64,000 bases of DNA from NCBI GenBank assembly GCA_051294375.1, contig CM119269.1, positions 12,804,790 to 12,868,789 of the forward strand, in the 5' to 3' direction. Numbering within the stretch: the stretch's first letter is position 1; the number at the start of each line of letters is the position of its first letter. The notes beneath the pieces were generated by a model, which had not been told where the DNA came from, searched no databases, and saw only the letters and a list, made by a program, of their open reading frames with translations. This document shows positions 49,889 to 62,200 of the stretch, piece by piece. Made by a program: the position numbers and the translations under genes. Source of the stretch: Paraspadella gotoi (lineage: Eukaryota; Animalia; Chaetognatha).

Positions 49889-52800
49889 CTATTTCAATTT
49901 TTTCGGCTTCAATATTTCGAGCAATGGATTTTTGAAAATTTTGTTGTGATGACTTGGAAATCGTTCGTAGGCTCCCTGGAGGGAGACATTGGTGGGATCA
50001 TAGTGGGGACCATTTTGGGGACCATTGTCGGGTTCATTGTGAGGACCATGAAACCCATGAGTTTTTATTAGCATCATTTTATCCACAACTTTTCCATCGA
50101 CAGCAGAAACCTGAAAAAAAAATCGTTAAAATTAAATATATATATACTAACAAAATATTAACGTAACAAAAAGCTTAACAGAAAGCGTATTTTCAGGTCT
50201 TACTTGTTCCCAGTAAATGTGAGTTTTGTTGAAAATGGTCAAGTGACCGTATCCATAATCGGGCTGCCGGAAAGCCGACCATTTCGGCCGAGTTTTTTGA
50301 AAAGGGTCAATAAATCCCTGGAGAAAATATAACAAGTTAGAGCAAACAATATCCGGATCTGCCTATGATCATTTTGTGTAATCTCTTCATTCATGCATTT
50401 TCTTATTGTTAGGACCCGCCGGTCCGTCCTCCTAAAACTCCCCCAAGAATATTCAAGGAATATTCAAGGAAACTCCTCCACCCCGTCGAGATGCTTCGAT
50501 AGTCCAGAGATGCTTCAAAGGCATGATTTGGTGCAGTCCCTGAGCTTCGGATCAGGCTGTAACACCGTGTTACAGGCAGGTTAAGCGTCCCGTCCTTCTT
50601 AACTGCAAGGCGACCACCAGGCTAGAACCCCGGACCTTTGGGTTGGGAGGCGAATGACTTGCCTCCGGCACCAATGGCCATTGATAAATGGTTGATGGAT
50701 TTTAGTCCACCATACATCGCCCCTCCCGTGAATCCCTTCAGTGAATTGTTGTTGGTGGAAAGTTCGTCATCAAGTTGAGGCATGTCGCCTGATGTGTTGT
50801 TGGTGGAAATTACGTCGCCAGGTTGAGCCATGTCGCCTGAAAGTGTTGTTGTTGCTGTTGTATTCGGAAGTCGAGCTCACCAATGAAGAGACAGTAATAA
50901 TTGTTACGAGTTAGTGAGAGAACCATTCAATATAAGCAGTCCCTTATCTTCGGATCAGGCTGTAACACTGTGTTACAGGCGGGTTAAGCGCCCCGTCCCT
51001 CTTAGGGCTAGAACCCCAAACCTTTGCGTTGGGAGGCGAATGACTTGCCTCCTGCACTAATGGGCGCTGATGAATGGTTGGCGGATTTTAGTCCACCATA
51101 CTAGGGGTAAAAAGGAAAAGGTAAAAGCAAAGGGAGAAAAAGAAGGATATACTAATAAACAGATATGACATGATCTAAGTGACTTAGCGACAGGATTTTG
51201 GGGTGGGACCGACGGACCGACAAAGTGGATTATAGAGCCGAAATCTGCTGTAATCAGACCTGGCAAAAAAAAAATTTACTATCAAAAATATTATTTCGAG
51301 GCAAATTTACGAGTTCTCTCTCCCTTAAATCACACGCACCGAACATCCGGCGGATCCGGAAATAATATGCACCGGCGCGCCGGGATTTTCGTATGGGTTG
51401 CCGGACGAGGTTCCGTTGAAGACCTCCTGATTGTAGATCGGCCAGAGGCGCTCGTAGCTGTGTTCGTGAGCGAAGAAGTTCAAGTCGACGCCGTACTTGA
51501 GGAAGAGTGGTTCAAGTCCGTAGGCGAGGATGCCGGGAAGGCCGACGCGCATGATGTCGTTCGCTTTGGTGCAGTCGTCGTTGTCTTCAAGAATAAGATA
51601 GACAATGTCTAAAGGTGATTAAATCCAGAAGTGAAACATAAAAATATAACATAAAAACATAAAAATGGTATACCGCAACGTTTCATAAGTCGCGGATTAA
51701 AAACAAAAAAAATACTTAATTTTTAAGTTAAATTTTCAATTTTGTAGAAATTTAACTGTTTCAAAAAATATAAAAAAATAAAACATGTCATTAAGACGCT
51801 GATTTCCGTAATAATAAAAAATTGAAAATCCAAAAGTTTGCCTAACCCGCGTTCGAGCAGTACATGGGTTTATGCGCCATGGCGATGATCCAAGGTCTCT
51901 GGGCCCGATTTATTGGCCTGTTGGCCTCGATAAGATCTTTCTCCAGCCAGGCGTACTGATTGGCGATCTGTCGCCATCCATAATTGGTGTAGTAATAAAA
52001 TTCTGAAGAGTAGACGACGACGTGAGCGCGGCCGACGTTGTAAGAGTAAAACATTCCCTCGCCGTCGCCTTAAAGGATTTTTATTAGTCTTTGACTCTGT
52101 GACCTTTTCCTTAATTTTTGTATGTTCTGAGAATATGTCTTGTATTTCTTTTTAAACTATTTTTTTTTAAATTAGGTTTCGAAAATGGATATAAAGAGAG
52201 AGCTTCAAAACGCTAAAATAATCTTATTGTATTGTATCGTAGCGTATCGTATTCTTTAATTAAATTTAAATTAAAATTAAAATCTCGTCTCCCTACCGTT
52301 CTTTGGCATGGTGAATCTGGCTTTGTAATTGCTAAAGTTGTAGGCGTACTCGTGATTGCCGACGGCGACTTGGTAAGGCACGTAAGCGGCGATCGGTTCT
52401 ACCTGACGCATGAAGGCATCGCCGACTCGCGCGTTGTCAAAGTCTAGGTTGTATGCCATGTCACCGACATGCCAGATCATGTCGAAGTGACCGCGCTGCG
52501 CTTCTTCCTGGTTGCGTCGTGGGACCCAGTTGCATTATTAGGAATGTATTGTAAAGAAATGAAGTACATAGTAAAATAATGTTATTTAAAAAAAAATTAA
52601 CTGGGTTTGATTGATAGCTTGCTGGGTTTATCTACGTTATTATCTATATTTTATAGTAAGAGGGATGGAGGTCAATCAGTCCAAAGTCAGAAAGACAGAA
52701 AAATACTAAATTAAATTCATTAAAAAAATAAAATTTAATTAGAGAACAATTTCTATACTGGTTAGTGGTTATACCTATTCTGTATCCTTTGGAGGTAAGC

Positions 52801-53653
52801 TATTTCCCAATACCTAACCAAATCTTGTTCGGATATCCTCATCCACATTCACACGGCCCTCACCCCTCCCCTCTCAACCTGCAGCGGCCCGACAGAGATC
52901 CCGTTCACATTTCCCAAATCTCCGAAGACCCCGATCCTCGCAGTCCATTCCACTCCGGACGGGAGACTCAAGAACCAGAAGATGTTGCTCCAGCCTCGTC
53001 TGCTGCCCACGTGATAGAAATACTTGGCGCGCGGGAGAAGTCCTGGTTGGAAGAAGATTAGAGAAGGATTAGAGAAGGATTAGAGTAGAATTAGTGAAGG
53101 ATTAACTCGTAGTCACTTTTATCAACAGAGTTTTATCGTTAATAATTTAAATCTGTTTAAATCATTATTTAATCTTAATCCTTGTTTTTGTTTTTTCAAA
53201 CATCATTGATCATTATCAGATCTATCAATCGAGGAATCTCACAATCAGTCAATCAATCAAGCGAATCAATCATTAATCAGTCAATACGAAATCAACTCAT
53301 CTCTGATTAAATGAATTAAACAATTTTTTCAGTCTCCAAGCATCCAACTCACCCGTCATGCACGCCCGATGCATGAAGATCTTCCTCTTCTCTCCGCCTC
53401 CATCAACGAAGACGTCGACGACGCCTTCGACCGACCGGGTCAGTCCGTCTTCCCGAATTCACCGTCGATTCGTTGGCGAACTGATTCGAGACCCGAGTTG
53501 GTGTGTGAAGGGTTTTATTTTAATATATCGAATTTATTTATTAATTTAATTTGTAAAACTCTCTTTTCGTTGGCGTTTAAGAAGAAAGAAAACAAAGTAT
53601 TTGCATTTGTGTTACAAAAAAATGGGTTTTCATGAATTTTTTCAAAAATTTTT

Positions 53654-53685
<32 letters not shown>

Positions 53686-53838
53686 ACCTTCAAATCGAGA
53701 GTGACCCAAGTGACCCACATTTGTGTGGGGTCCCCGTGCCAGGACAAATGCACTTGTTCCGGTTGCCCCGCCCCACTCTCCGCCCTCCGCCGTCGCAAAG
53801 ACGAGAAAGGAAAACACGATCGTTTTTAAAAATAGCAT
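49889..53838 (-). CDS. ACP7: Purple acid phosphatase, acid phosphatase type 7 family, 8 exons
   Basis: Signal peptide, QPEQVHLS, GDLG, GDMAY, VGNHE, AHKPMY, AHEHSYER, PVHIISGSAGC, DYGY; one frameshift in exon 1. Confidence 0.92.
50532..50714 (-). mobile_element. tRNA-headed dispersed repeat, copy C, with the best-preserved twister-like fold (50532-50607)
   Basis: UGCAGUU AAGA AGG A CGG GACGCU UAA CCU GC CUGUAACA-CGG-UGUUACAG CCUGA UCCGAAGC UCAGG GACUGCA. Confidence 0.8.
50884..51100 (-). mobile_element. tRNA-headed dispersed repeat, copy D (small internal deletion)
   Basis: Homologous to copy B from tgaagagacagt to tccaccata. Confidence 0.8.
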
Positions 53839-55081
53839 TTTTTTAGTTGTCTTGTTTGTATTTGTTTATTTACTTATTTGTTTGTTTGCGTTTATCTTTA
53901 TTGTTTTTATCTTTTGTTTCTTTGTTTTTGTTGAATATTTTGTCAATTGTTTGTTTGCATTTTGTTTATAGGTTTAGCCATTAGAACGGGTCAATTCACG
54001 ACAAAATGTACTTCGTCTCAGAGTAAAATGCAATTTGTAGAAAGTCCGTAATTCATATCGTTTTAAGCAAATATATATTTACTTGCCATATTCAATTGTC
54101 CAATCAACCAAAACCAACTGTATCGAAGACGTTTGTATGTAATGAAGGAAAAATTTGTTACTTTTAATACAAGTTTTAATAAAAGTTTAATCTTCCGTTT
54201 GTATTTTGAATAAAAATCTTTTGACGAAACTCGAATGAAGAAAGAAAAATGAGAAAGAGGGAAAAGAAAAAAGAAACTGGAACAGGAATTAAAAAAAAAA
54301 AAAACAAGAAGAAGAAAAACATGAGATAACGAATGTAAATTGTGATTTTTATTTCAGGGGCAAACATTTTCTTTTGTAGAGATACTTTACTTTTTTTTAC
54401 AATGAAGAAGAATGTCGTTGTGACACTTGATGGGAAGACTTTTGTCATAGTTTGACCAATAGCTTTGTAGAATATCAAACTAAAAAAGATAAAAAAATAA
54501 ACAGCAGCGGAGTCTTTTTTATTCCAGCGGAGAGAATAGATACCCGCTGCCGCACCGCAGCCTGCTGAGGTTCTCCGGGAAACTGGTTGTGCAATGTGCA
54601 TGTTCAGCTGCAGCAGACTTCAAAAAAGTCGAGAATGTGAAAAACTAACTTTGAAGAGACAGATAAACTGATTCGTGTACGTAAGACGTATAGTCGTATA
54701 TTGTTATACAAGCTCGATTGTGAATAGGTTATGCAGACGCAGGAAAAGGCTCGCTCTCTGCTCCCTCTCTCATTCTCTCTCTCTCTCTCCTCATCTCCTC
54801 TCCTCTCTTCTCTCTCTCTCTCTCTCTCTTCTCTCTCTTCTCTCTCTCTCTCTCTCTCTCTCTACAGGTGCTCTCTCTCTTATTCATACCCAAACTCATC
54901 CATAACAGTTAATGATTAATTTATTTATTTCACTATACCAGCAGAAAGACTATTCGTAGCTTACAGTTATAAACAATATACAATTAACAAATAAAAAAAA
55001 TTATGTAGTCTAAAAGCGAGGCCTTTTGTCTAAACATGAGTTTTCATGAAGCAACGCCCTCTCGTCGATCCCCGTCAACTC

Positions 55082-55708
55082 TTAAAGCCTCGGAAACAAA
55101 AGAGCAGCGACCATAAGCGTCGCGCAAGCAAAGAAGTTCATGGTAATTTTTCCGACGCCGTTGACGCAAGTTTTATAAGAGGCGCCAACGACCAACTTCC
55201 ATTCTCCGTCTGTCAAAAAAAAAACAAAACATAAATTAACTTCTTTGTTAATTATTTAGCGCAATATATCAATAAATAAATAAGTAAAAGCGACCAACCT
55301 TGACAAGTGATGCAGTTTTGAAGTCTCATGAGTTTATGCGGAATCGCACCGCATCCAACTCTGGGCATGCTCATGAGGGGTTCTCCTTCGAGCTGAGCGA
55401 ACAGATTCTCGCCTGAGTGGAGAAAGATTGAAGTTGTTCAAGTTGTTGTTTTGGGTATTTATACAAGCGTTGTACAGTAAATTTTGAACAGTTAACAACC
55501 TCCAACCAATAATACAGAATATAAACAAAAATAAATAAAGCTAAATCTAAAACAAAAGAATGCTCAAGACCGCCATATTTTTAGTCGGATCAGCTTTCAG
55601 CAGATCCCGACTCTATACTATAATTCACTTTGTCGTTCCGTCGGTCCGCCCCCTCAATCTTGTCAGAACATCAAATTATGATAAATTATGCAAAAAAAAA
55701 CTATGTCC

Positions 55709-55779
<71 letters not shown>

Positions 55780-56721
55780 CGTCCCACCTTCACAAAAAAC
55801 ACCAATTAATCGTGATTGGATGGATGGATTAGTATGTAATTTTGTGTGTGGGTAGGGAAGTGTGTGATTGAGCTGGATATGAAGTTTCGACGGAATCGTC
55901 CGAGTGGAAATGAGTTTAAATGGAAAAAACAAAAAAAATATATTTCACTATTTGAACACCAATTACTCATGAGTGGATGGGGCGATTGACTTGAAATTTT
56001 GTGTTTGGGTAGAAAAGTGACAGATCCGACATTGTTTGCTCAAACTTGTTTTGTTATATATTATGAGAATTCTTATTTAAGACAAGTTTGGAATTTTCTC
56101 TAATTTTGTGGCTGAATTATAATAAAAATCGAAATGTTTTTTCATGATTGTCTTTATTTAAGATTTAAGATTTAAGATTTAAGATTTAAAATTTGATTAA
56201 ATTGTGGGAACTGGACCTTTAACATTGTCGTCTCCGATCTTGTTGACAATGTCGTCGAGATTGTCGACGATTTTTCTGATGAGACCCAAGATCTTCTTGA
56301 AGAAGTGACCAGTCTCTTGCAGACAAGGGAGGAATGAGTCAACGTCGAAATCGCCTGAATATGGAAAATAAATGTAAATAAGAGAGTTTAATTTGTTTTA
56401 TTTAAAACTTGTATTCTTTACTAGCGATCTTAATAAGTGTTCTCAACAAGTGTTTATTTGTAACATCGATCTTAACCGCTATGATGGAATAATACCCCCA
56501 TACCGTTGACAGCGACCAGCGTTACCTGAGTCAAGTCATTCGCCCTACAAACTTAACAATAGTCTTAATAACAAGTCCTTACCCTTCATCAGATTTGTGA
56601 GTAAATCCAAGCAATTGGGCCCAAAATTTTTGGGTTGTCTATCTTCTGCAAAAGCGAAGGAACTAAAGACTAGAGGCAGAAGCAACAGCGGGAGCAGCAG
56701 ACGCAGCGGAGGAGAAAACAT
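55082..56721 (-). CDS. 172-aa secreted, probably GPI-anchored orphan protein
   Basis: Exons 56721-56583, 56354-56217, 55412-55299, 55209-55082, all phase-1 GT-AG junctions; signal peptide MFSPPLRLLLPLLLLPLVFSSFAFA; C-terminal CVNGVGK followed by a hydrophobic tail. Confidence 0.8.
55578..56052 (+). mobile_element. HINE/DINE-1-like non-autonomous element with (GTCT)n microsatellite
   Basis: tttttagtcgg..ccgactctata hairpin, (gtct)n/(gtcc)n tract, end cttgtttt; related copy at 23878. Confidence 0.6.
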
Positions 56722-59214
56722 CTTTTAGTTTTGATTCTGAATCATTAGATCAATAATTAACCAATTTTTCAAATGGATATATGTACGTACTTTTTGACAA
56801 ATAAAAAACATAAATAATATAATAAACACGTTGAAATTCATAGAGAAACAGAGAGTGAGAGGTGGCCATTTGGCCAATTGGCCAATTGGGATTTGACCCC
56901 GCGACGGCGAAAACGTCTCCGCCATAAACACAACTATATATTACTATCAATTAAGATAATACAAACTAAAAATAATGTTTATAATACTAAAAATCGAATA
57001 CATCCACGAAAACGGGAATTTGTTAGTCGCATTTTTTGCCGTGAAAAAGTGAAATATCCGCGGAGCTGCCTTAAAGTAAATCTAGGAAACGTCGTAGACA
57101 ATTCTGGGTATCACTCTGAAACTAAAAGTGAATCACCGCCAGCATAAAAAAGCATGCGTTCAATTTGATTCGGTGAAGGGCGTGACCATATCCACGTCCG
57201 CTTTGAACCCGTAGATTCTACGTAGAACCGTCTGTGTGACGCCATTTTCAGGATTTGTTGAAAAAGGCATTTTGTGTGAGCTCGGTTGGATAATAAGGTA
57301 TGAAATTAATTAATAAATTAATTCATTTAATTCTTTATTTAATTTATCTATTTATTTGTTATTAATTTATGAAATTGCTACAAACCATTTAAAAATTATT
57401 CATTGATTCATTAAATGAGCTATTGCGGACAGTGGACACTGGTGGATTCAGGCCTCAAGCCCTCTTACAAGATAATAACATATTTTTTTCCTTCTCAATT
57501 TTCTGTGTGGCCCTTTATTTGTTCTCTTATCTTCGCTTCTTTTCAACCGATCCCTGGCGGCGGAACCAAAAAATGGCTTCACGATTTGCGGGTTTATTTA
57601 CTGATCCGTTGATTTGAAAATGTTGAGGGTCTGAATAGACTATTTTCCTTATCTTCTGATAACCAGATTGATAACTAAATAATCCTCCCCATTTTTAAAA
57701 ACGCCAATTAATCAATATCGACAATTTTTTATTTCGAATTCGATAATAACGATTCTACGAAACTACGAAGGAATCAAAATATTATTGAGTCGAGATTTAA
57801 TGTAAAATAATAACAGAGTTTTTCTATTACAAATACAGTAAAACGTTTATCATCTGTATTTAAGTGCAGTAACAAAAACAAGTGTATGCATTTTAATTTG
57901 CGTCCATCCCAGATGGTCATGTTCAAAATATGTTTTAATTTCTGAGATCGAAAGATACAATTTTTCAGTTCTTTCTTTTCAGTCCGTAAACAATTTAAAC
58001 CGGCATAAAGTCAGATTCGATTTTCTGTTTGTAATGCAAAAGCGTAATAAAATATAGTATTTCATAATGGAATTGATACACCTAATAAATTAGATAAGCT
58101 CTCTTGCCCCCTGACAATGGACATTTACAGGCTATTATATAATGTCAATATGTAAACTAGTTCGCGTTGCTAAATTAAATTCTCATAACTATTAATAATC
58201 TGAAGAACCAGAATAACAAAAAATGTAAAGATATTTATTAAAGCAAAATAACGCAACAGCTACCTTTGTCATTTGGCAGTATAGTTAAAAATAGTAAAAT
58301 TAAAACTAGCTTATGAATATCATAAAAAGAGCAAATACAAACTATTAAATCTATTGTATTTAACCACCAAAATACGTTTTAGTAAGGGTATCGGGGAATC
58401 ATTTATTCATCTCAATAAACTATAAGGAGTTTAAGAGGCATTAAATGCTCGTCAAGATGCAAATTTAGACTTTTAGATTTATGTAGGTACTATCATAAAA
58501 TATACTCTTGACTCGTTGAAAAATTAAAGAGTAACAGCCTTTTATGGACTTTACTTGATAGAAAGGCCAGTTACGACAAACACTTTTTTTGTTAGTTTTG
58601 TTCTGTTAATATGCTTTCTCATTCTCTCCGTATGCCTAGCCTTTGTAGGTACATTGTTACTATTACATCATGTTATTTCGTTGTGGTTGGAAAATCTTTA
58701 CCGGTTTCGCTCAAAAATCAAGCAAAATAGTATTTAATATTATTATGCAATAAAACGTAAACACAAGACGCAACCGTTTTTCCTCAACGAATACGAATAT
58801 CATTTTCTATTTCTTTAAATGTAAATTGCACAATGCACATAAAATCCTCAGAATGTAAGACAGTGAGAAATAAATAACTTAGAAAGTTAAGTTCAGACGC
58901 AGACTTGACTCGATCCCCGATCATCGCTCGCTTCCCAAAGTAGTTAGTCGATCTCATAGACGTCGTCTTCATTGATTGTCATTTGCGGTTGTTGTTGTCG
59001 ACGTCGTTGTCATTCAAATGCCGAATTTTTTCTCGATCAATGTGCATAAAATTGCTTTCCAAAGTCATTAGTGAATAATGTTAAGGTCATCATTCTTAAT
59101 TTTTATTTACTTTCTCGATCAATTCCTATAACATATCTTTGTGATTGTCCGTTGCGTTCTAAAGTCAACTTCATCAACATCAGGAACATCCTTATATACG
59201 TTTGTCGTTGTCAT

Positions 59215-62200
59215 TTAAACACGAACTTGACTCGATCCCCGATCGACGCCCATGGTCGCCATCTCCACGATCGTCCCTCGTTTCCCAAAGTCGTTGGAGT
59301 CGACCTCATCAACGTCGTCGTCCGCGTTCGTCGTACTTGTCGTCGTCGTCGTTCCGGCCGCGGCGAAGCAGCCAGCGTTGGGCAGCGTGTGCACGAGGGT
59401 CGACGCCGCAGCCCAGATTCCCAAGTTTGTAGAAGCGCCGACGCTGCGGCGCTTTGGACGGGCGCCGCCGCTCCTGCTGCCGCCGACGACGAGCGAGTTG
59501 AGCGCGCCGCTGCCGACGTAGGCGGGTGAGGAGATTCGTCGCGAGATGGTGGGAACCTCGGGGCTGCCGCCGCTGCTGCTGTCGGCGTCCGTCTCCATCC
59601 TCCACTGCCGCAGCTGCAGCTGCCGCAACTCTTGCTCTTCCTCGCAGCGGCGGAACATGTGGTCAAAGTCTTTGTTGGCGGCCTCCACCTTTTTCGGAAA
59701 GCAAGATAATATTGTTACCATTACAAAGTTTACATCGTTTAAAGTATAATATTTTCGTGCATCGCCTTGGGCAGAAAGTCTGTGCCCAATGGGCACAGAC
59801 TTTCTACGATTTTCACGCTTGTCGATAAGATTCGAACTCGGGGCGAATCGATCAATAAATTTGGCTATGTTACCCCATTGCTATTACTTCATACTCTCAT
59901 TCAGTCTAACTCAAAAACAAAACAAACTCAAAAATAAAACAAAACAAAAAGAAAATAAAAACAAACTGAAACAAAACAAAAACTAAACAAAAACAAACAC
60001 AAAAACCTTCTTGTAAATGTGATGGAGGACATAAACCTACAAAGCCTGTCCAAAGTCAGGGACAAAATAGCTTATTAATTAAATGAATGGATAATTTTTA
60101 TATTGGTTCTACCAATTTAACAAATTCACATTTACATTCACACACAAATTTTCATTCACACTCAAATTCACACTCCCAGCCACCCTACTCTCACACTTTC
60201 ACCCACCAAATCACCATTCCAAGATAACCATCCCCCGCACAACCCACGAATCCCCACCTCTGCCGCAGAGAGCCTTAGCTTCTTGTGGCTGCGTCTGGAT
60301 CTGCTGCTGCGTCGACGAGCCACTTCGGAGGGATCCCCCTTCTTGGGGCTGGAGTCGGCGGAGGACGAAGGGTCCTCGTTGATGGAACTCAATTCGTGGG
60401 TGAGTCGAGGCTCCATCGCCGGAAGGGGAAGATTGTGGTCGGGGGCTTGGGATGGCTGCTGTGGAGGAGGAAGGTCCTGAAGAGGCTGGTGTGGTTTCGA
60501 GTCTTGATCGAGATGTTTTTCTTCTTCCCTTTTTGTCTGAAGACGCGGTTTTTCTTGCGGAAGTTGTTGTGGTTGTTGTTGTGGTTGTTGTTGTGGCTTG
60601 TTTTCGTCTGGTTGTTGTTTCAGTTGATCAGAAGATTCCAAAACATTTTCCTGGCGCGGCTGCTGCTGCTGTATCTGTGACGTTGATCTGTGATGCTGTA
60701 GATGATGATGTTGTCGCGGAGAATCTTTCCTCAATTCGCCGGTCGATCGATCGCTGCATCTGAGATTTAAGATTCGGATCCGGAAGGATTTGGGATTTAG
60801 ATTTATATTAAGGCGTAGTGAAAGTTACATACAAAAATTCTAAAAGTCAATTATGAACAACATACCATCAGTGAACATTAATTTGTAAAAGAAATTAATT
60901 TTTTGTTTTTTAATTTTCGCAGTAGGCTATATTTATATACAGAACTATCCTTATAAAATCGAAAAATTTCAAAATAGGCTTTTCATAATTTTGATTGCAG
61001 ATTTGAATTCCTCGTCAAAAGTTGATAAAAGAAAATATAAATCATTTTTAAAAATTCCTTCATTAAGTGGGTTAAAAATTAAAAAAACTATATATAATTT
61101 AATTTTCTTAAAATATAGTTTTTTCTAATTTTTGACCCACTTAATGAAGGAATTTTTCTAAAAGAGTTATATTTCTTTTTATCAACTTTTTATGACAAAT
61201 CCAAATCTGCAAAAAAATCTTAGAAAAAACTGTTTTGAAATTTTAACATTTATTGGTTTAGTACTAGTATAAATATGGCCTACTGCGTAAATTATAAAAT
61301 TTATTATAAATTTTTTTATTACCTAAATGTTCATTAGTATAATGTTGTTCGTTCCTCACTTTTAGAATTTTAATGAAAGTTAAATTTAGAAGTTTTACTA
61401 CGCCTTAATAAAGATAGTATTGAGGCGGTGTGAATATACAGTAGGCCTTAGCAAATTTTATAAAGTTTTTTACAGAATTAGCATAATGTAACAAAATTAG
61501 TCCCCTATATGCTACTAATTTTTTCTTCTTTTGTTTTTTGAAAATCGATCAATAAGTGCTTGCAACTCTTCAAAATTGGCAAAAAAACGGTTTTTTTCAT
61601 TAAAAATGATAGATATCTTAAAAAAATATCAGTCGGAATCAAATTTAACCTGCGTAAATTTAAAGAGCGGAAAAAATACTTCATTTTACATACTTTATTT
61701 TTAAAAATCCAAAAAATACTTTTCCAATTATCGATGTTTAAAAACTGAATTCTCGGCATTTTTAAGTCATATTTTTTATTTTCCCTTTATAACTTTGAAA
61801 ATAATATAAAATAAGGTATAAAACAGACTAAATCCTCTAGAGTAAACATTGGGCTTTCTATTGGCGTAAATAGGTATTATTTTTTTAATTTTGTTCAGGA
61901 GCTATGAATTGTTAAATCTTGAAAAAATTTTTAAAAATATCTATTTATTATTTTTGTCTGTGTGCTTACAATTTGAATGTTTATATATCTATCATTATCT
62001 ACAAAACATAAGCTTTAATTTGAGACCTCTCCACAACTTTTTACAATTTTTCATTATTAAACATCGATAATTGGAAAAGTATTTTTTGGATTTTTAAAAA
62101 TAAAGTATGTAAAATGAAGTATTTTTCCGCTCTTTAATTGACGCAGGTAAAATTGATTCCGACTGATATTTTTTAAGATATCTTTCATTTTAATGAAAAA

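Noticed and set aside
50622-50831. 69-aa ORF with a 48-bp repeat in an ACP7 intron
   Set aside because: It runs into repeat copy C and has no supporting splice context or homology.
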